A stretch of DNA of 64,000 bases from assembly GCA_963422375.2 (NCBI GenBank), contig OY729428.2, forward strand, positions 2,560,001 to 2,624,000, given 5' to 3'. Each line of letters opens with the position of its first letter. The first letter of the stretch is position 1. Shown here one piece after another: positions 58,844 through 64,000 of this stretch. Source of the DNA: Bryobacterales bacterium. Lineage in GTDB: Bacteria > Acidobacteriota > Terriglobia > Bryobacterales > UBA6623. Below the pieces are notes generated by a model. The model was not told the DNA's origin. It made no database searches and saw only the letters and a list, made by a program, of their open reading frames with translations. The position numbers were made by a program, and so were the translations under genes.

Positions 58844-59409
58844 GCAACCGTTGTCTTCACACGAATTGTAGCAGCCGCGACTCCTCCGGAATTGCCCGCC
58901 CCCTCGTGCCAGTCGTGGATGCGGGACCGCCGCTGGTCCGCACGCGCCTATGGCGCGCTGCCGGTTGGCGCGTATCCGGCAGCGGGACACGCTGCGGGGC
59001 CGGGGAGCGCCGACACCTCCAGGTGTACGGCCACCCGCCCGGATGCTCGGTGAACCCAGTTTGGCTGCGGCGGCCACCGACGGGTACCGAATGCAGGTTG
59101 CCTGAGCTCGCTACCGGGGAAGCGTCGCGGGCTGCGAGAGCCGCTGCGCGGGCACGAGATGCCAGCTCGGAACGGACCGCCAAGAGTTTGGGCGCGCCCT
59201 TCGGCCGTGAGATTCGACCGCGGTCCGTGTTGGGCCCTGCGAATGGTCCGGCCAATGGCAGCGCCGATCCTGACCATCCCGGGGATTCTCGGGGTCGACC
59301 ATCCATGCGATAGCCCGGACAAAAGGGCCGCACGATGTCCGGCACCTGCGGTTCCGCGTCGCGAACGCGCATGGTTCGTGCCGTACGGCCCGATGGGTCC
59401 GGCCAATCG

Positions 59410-59640
59410 CGGCTGGGGCCCTCTCGCCTCCGGCCGTACGGCTTCGGACTCTCGTTGCGGTGCTCCAGAGTCGACGTAGCGGTGCCGACGGGTCCCGGAC
59501 GCTCGCGCAGCCGCGCTCGCGGACACAGGTCGGCGAAGAAGCGCTCCGCGAGGTTCCTTCGGGAACCGCAGCCCGGCGCGGAGTGTATGCGGAACCGCTC
59601 GCGCTGCTTCAGCCGGTCCTTCGCCTGCGAGCGCCCGCAC
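59410..59640 (-). pseudogene. Remnant of an IS630-family transposase C-terminus
   Basis: Own translation: AKDRLKQRERFRIHSAPGCGSRRNLAERFFADL ... LEHRNESPKPY, which resembles the IS630 pattern W..RF..HFTP...SWLN.VERFF ... N..PKPF. Confidence 0.6.
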
Positions 59641-59772
59641 GCTCGACCTCGGTGTGGCGGGTGGAGGCCTCACACGCCCCCGTCCCAGAGCTTCTAATTG
59701 AAGGGAAATATATCGTCCTTGTGAATAAACTCAGTTGTTTGGGAGATTTTAGCCGATATAAGTCGATCACAT

Positions 59773-61316
59773 GAGCCTTTTGCAAAATTCAGAAAAGAGG
59801 GCTGACCGCCCCATGAACGACTAGTTTCTGGGCTGTTATTCTCGCCGAAAAAGACCCCCTTCAGCTGGGCTTGCTCGGCTTCGGGGCGCTCCTGCGAGGA
59901 GCGGCCCCGTGCAGGCGCAGCTCTCCCGGCGCGGCCCTGCGGGCGGGCGCTCTTCGCGGCTGTCCCGGCGGCCCGGGCTCTCGGAGCGCCAGGCGCAGGA
60001 GCTGCTCCACCGTCAGCGCGAGCACGCCGAACAGGAGGTGGCACAGCACCTTGCCGCGGCCGCGGACGCGCACGCGGCGCCCGCCGCAATCGTCCTTCAG
60101 GCGGCCGTTGACACGCTCCACCGTCGAGCGCTCCCGGTAGCGCAGCTTGGCGGGATCCGCCCGCCCGGCGCTGCGCAGCGCCTTGGCCTCCCGTTCCAGA
60201 TCCGCTTTCAGCTTCGTCCGGCCGCGCGGGTTGACATCGATGATCGGCACGTGCCCGAGCCGCTCGCTGAAGGCCCGGATCCCGGCCGCGTCGTACGCGC
60301 TGTCCATCAGGTCTTACAGGTTGTCGACGCGGCTCGCGGTCCGTGTCGCCAGCGGGATCGCGGCCTGGCTGTCGTGCAGCGAAGCCGCGGTGAGCAGGCA
60401 GCTGACCGGAATCCCGCCGTCGATCGCGTCGATATGCAGCTTGTAGCCGCACCAGCTGACGGTACGGCCCTTGGCGTTGCGCTTGGTGCCGGTATCGCAG
60501 TCCTGCGGCAGGTCGTGCAGCATTGCTTCGAGATTCATGTCGGGCTGCCGCGCCAGTCGGCGCGGATCGGGCGGCCGCTGCTCGCCCTTGCGAGGGCGCC
60601 CGCGCTTGCGTTTCGGCTCCGGTTCCGGCGCGGGCTTCCCGGCGGGCCGCTCGCGGCCCTCGATGGCGGTCGAGTCGCGGGAGACGTGCCCTGCCAAGTG
60701 GCCGTCGAGCGTCCGCGCGAGCAGCGCCTCGTGCAAGCGTCCGGGCAGTTCGCCGGCGGCGAACTCGGCGAAGGCGCGCGAGAAGGTTGCCTCGCCGGGC
60801 ACGGCCCCGGCCAGGTCCCGGCCGCACAGTCGGCGCAGGGTGCGATCGGTCTGCAGGCGCTCGACCAGCGAGCGCGTAGCGGGCTGGTCGAAGACGGCCT
60901 TGGCGAGGAAGGCGCGCGCCATGGCGGCGCGGCTTGCGAGGGGGCGGCCGCGGCCGCCCTGCCCGACGGGCAGGCAGTCCTCGACCTGCGCCAGTTCCAC
61001 CGCTTGGACGAAGCTGCGGCAGCGCTCGCCGAGGGGGCCGAGTTCCTGCTCGAGCCAGGGGAACAGCCCCTGCTGGAACGTGAACCAGTACGCGGATACG
61101 GTTTCTATCAAGGACATATTCGTTTGATCCTGCCAGCTGTTTACTAGGCTTGCATTACAATAATAGCACGGAGGGCAAGGGATTGTCAGGAAACTCAAAA
61201 CGCAGACAAGCCATTAAAACTACATTTACTACAGTTCTATTTCATTTATTATATCGAATACTTAATAGACTAACTAAATGATAATGCTATTAGCGCGGGA
61301 TTTTTGCAAAAGGCTC
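59773..61316 (-). mobile_element. IS1182-like element; transposase 59861-61117 with in-frame TAA at 60314-60316
   Basis: IRs GAGCCTTTTGCAAAA, 4-bp DR ACAT; SRDSTAIE, GYKLH, SLHDSQ, DNL*DLMDSAYD, YRERSTVERVN. Family call is tentative. Confidence 0.85.
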
Positions 61317-61325
61317 ACATGATAG

Positions 61326-63905
61326 GGGAATTATATATCTGAGTGCCGACAACGCCATGTCCGACGAGAACTGCTCTGAGCAGGGAGATCGGTGTCGAGC
61401 TCGGGTCATTCGAATGCGGCCGCGGTAGGCACAGAAAGGTGGGATCGTATCTGAATCGAACCTGCCAGCGGAATTGAGGAGGCACGGACTAGAGAGGCCG
61501 CCTCGCATGCCCCGGTGGAACCCGGTTGGCGGTGGCAGGGCACCCCTTGCAAGCCGCTTGCAGGCCCTGCGAGGGCCGAAGACAGCGGATCCCCGGCGCT
61601 CGACGGCCTGCATGGACGGTCCGGACCGAACCGGGGTCGCGCCGGGACATTCCGGATCCGGTGCGCCCCTCGTACCGAGCGTGAAGCGCACCGAGTGTGA
61701 AGCGCGCGCCCACAGCGGGCTGCCGCGCTCAGCGCGGCGGGCGCCGCTCAGGCCGCGACCGCGGCCTTGCCGGTCAGCTGCCGGCAGGTCAGCGTCCGGC
61801 CGACCAAGCCCCGCGCCATGCGCCGCATCCGTTCCGCCGTGTCGCAGTCGCGGTCGTTGTACCGTCCCGCGAACTCCGTGAGGTAGCGACCCGGATGACG
61901 GACGCTCATCCGGTGATAGGTTCCGTACAGGCCGCGCTTGAACAGAGACCGAAACGATTCGATGCCGTTCGTATGCGCTGCCCCGCGCACGTACTCGCCG
62001 CCGGAGTGCCTGACGGCTTCGTGCGCGAACTCCGCCATGCCGGCGCAGGCCGCCGCCTCGTCGGAGCGGACCTGCGCCCCCGGCGCGACGCGGGCGCGCA
62101 CGAAGCCCTGCAGGTCGCCCTTGGCGGTGCCCGGCAGCGGCCGCGCGGCCACTGCGTTCGTGGCGCGGTCCCGCGCGCCCGCCACGGGCGTCTTGCCGAC
62201 GGGCCCGCGCCCGGCGCGGGCCTTCTTGCTCTCGTGCTGGTTGCGCTCCTTGCCGCCGACGCAGGTCTCGTCCACCTCCACCGGGCCGACGAACAGGCCC
62301 CGATCCCGCTCCCGGCACGCGCGGATTGCGGTGCGCGAGGTGCCAGGCCGACTTCCGGCCGATTCCCAGGTCGCGGTGCAGCTTCATGCTCGAGACGCCC
62401 TTGATGCCGGTGGTCAGCAGGAACAGGGCGACGGCCCGGGTGCGGTAGCCGAGCTCGGTGTCGGCCGTCACGCTGCCCGTGCGCACGGAAAAGCGCTTGC
62501 CGCAGCCGCGGCAACGGTACGGCATCGAAGGGTGGGCCGCGCCGGACTGCACGCTGGAGCCGCGGCATGCCGGACCGTCCGGCCAGCGCACGGAGGCGAA
62601 CCACTTTTCCGCGGATTCGTCATCGCGGAACATGGCGATCACTTCGATCAAGGTGATGCCTTTACGAAACCACTTCCCTGGATTTTTCTGCTTCGCCTTC
62701 TTCAAAGACGACCTCCTATATTGGAACTATTTTATCAAGACACTCTACAGACTGTCAACAGATATCCGGAAGAAATATCAAATTAAGTTACCTGATTACC
62801 CACAAGACTCAGCCAAGGTTAGGAGGCGGTAAGGCATGGGCGGGGTGCGCACGGAGGCGTGGAGCAGGCGGGGGACCAGCACCTCCGGATCGTAGCGGCG
62901 GTTGAAGCGGTAGCGGAACTCGGCGAGGTAGCGCGGCAGGTGCTTGCCGTCGAACGAATGGCAGGTTCCCGCCAGGGACTGCTTGACGTTCGCCAGCATC
63001 GTGTTGACCCGGACGAAGCGGGAATCCCCGCAGCTCCGCTGCCCGCCTCCGGTGACGGTCGGCACGTGCTCGCAGCCGGCGCCGGCCACGCCCCGGAAGC
63101 AGGCCGGGCCGTCGGAATGCACCTCCGTGCCGGGCTGCAAGTGCCGCCCGGCCCACGCTGCCAGCGTCTTCTTGCGCAAGCCCGCCACGCTGCTCAGGCG
63201 CATCCTTGCCGGCTTGCCGGCGGCGGTGACCTGCACGGCCGCGACGAACGGCGTCTTGCCCGCCGCGCCGCGACCGCGCTGGCCGCCGCTCCGCTCCCCG
63301 CCCCAGTAGGCCCCAGTAGGCGTCGTCCATCTGCACGATGCCGCCCGGCGGCACGCGCTCGTCGCGCTCCTTCATCACTTGCAAGAGCTTGTGCTTCATC
63401 TTCCAGGCCGTGTTCCGGCTCACGCCCGGCTGCCGCGCCAGTTCCAGCGACGAAACGCCGTGCTTGCCCTGCGTCAGCAGGTGGAGCGCCAGGAACCAAA
63501 CGGTCAGCGGCAGCTTGGTGGCGGCGAAGATCGTGGCGGCGACGAGGGAGCTCCGGCGGTGGCAGGCATGGCACTGCCAGAGCTTGCGGGAGCGGATGCG
63601 GCAGTGCCGTCGGGAGCCGCACTCCGGGCAGCGGAAGCCGTCCGGCCGCCGTCCGGCCAGCGGGCCTTGCAGACGGCCTGCTCGCATGGCCCCTCGCTGC
63701 CGTAGCGCTGCAGGAACTTGCCCAGGCTGAGTCCCTTCTGGCATTGCACGCGATTGCGTTTCAGCTGCTAGCCCCTTTCCTGTCAGAGGTTTCCGACCTC
63801 CTCCAGTATAGCATATCCTCGGCTGACGTTCGTTGGTAATCAGGTTAAGTTATGGATTGATAACTTGCCAAATAGGTTGCCTCGGCACTCAGATATATAA
63901 TTCCC
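61326..63905 (-). mobile_element. IS1595-family type A, copy 4, interrupted by a nested type B element
   Basis: IRs at 61326 and 63905; 8-bp DR CATGATAG (61318-61325, 63906-63913); transposase 61748-62705 frameshifted. Confidence 0.93.
62791..63844 (-). mobile_element. IS1595-family type B, copy 2 (nested)
   Basis: IR CCTGATTACC/GGTAATCAGG; 8-bp DR TTAAGTTA (62783-62790, 63845-63852); a 10-bp duplication at 63301-63320 frameshifts the transposase. Confidence 0.95.
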
Positions 63906-64000
63906 CATGATAGCAACAGAAGGAACAGAATAAGACATGTTATCGGACCTCATCGTCTCATTTTTCATTCTCGTTGTGAGGATAAAGTCAGCTGTCATAT

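Noticed and set aside
60314..60316. In-frame TAA in the IS1182-like transposase (and at 50790) as possible recoding
   Set aside because: TAA terminates intact genes in this window (14911, 41241); a simple Tyr-to-stop mutation is the plainer explanation.
1..64000. CRISPR array, tRNA or rRNA genes
   Set aside because: No regularly spaced repeat-spacer array or recognisable RNA gene seen; the repeats present are IS copies, MITEs or coding repeats.

Overview
GC-rich bacterial window. The gene content resembles Acidobacteriota/Bryobacterales, but this is inference only. Intact metabolic genes alternate with piles of decaying insertion sequences. Left to right: an IS30 right end and an IS1595 copy; dapF, prlC and a 3-methyladenine glycosylase; a putative envelope-stress/polyamine locus (XpaC-like, TelA, DUF4178-like, DUF2617-like, large lipoprotein, tandem DUF350-like, inverted flavin amine oxidase, membrane-fused SpeE); dinB, a redoxin, vsr with no methyltransferase in the window, mtnP and a PfkB kinase; an IS1595/ISNCY pair; a 16-kb block between two copies of a 255-bp MITE, carrying a nitrate-assimilation cluster (porin, NarK/NRT2 transporter, Nas-type Mo enzyme, DmsB-DmsC fusion, NirB-NirD fusion, GAF-ANTAR regulator) and a DUF1552/DUF1592 pair; a large secreted metallohydrolase; a three-gene NAD-linked formate dehydrogenase whose split alpha subunit has an in-frame UGA plus SECIS (selenocysteine, missed by the ORF track); and a 13-kb IS graveyard (IS30, three IS1595 types, IS1182-like, IS630 remnant) with resolvable target-site duplications, a nested insertion and a host gene that can be rebuilt by removing two IS. 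The dead IS copies repeatedly show CTGG to CCGG substitutions. No rRNA, tRNA or CRISPR array was seen. All family assignments are from motif recognition by eye, not database searches.
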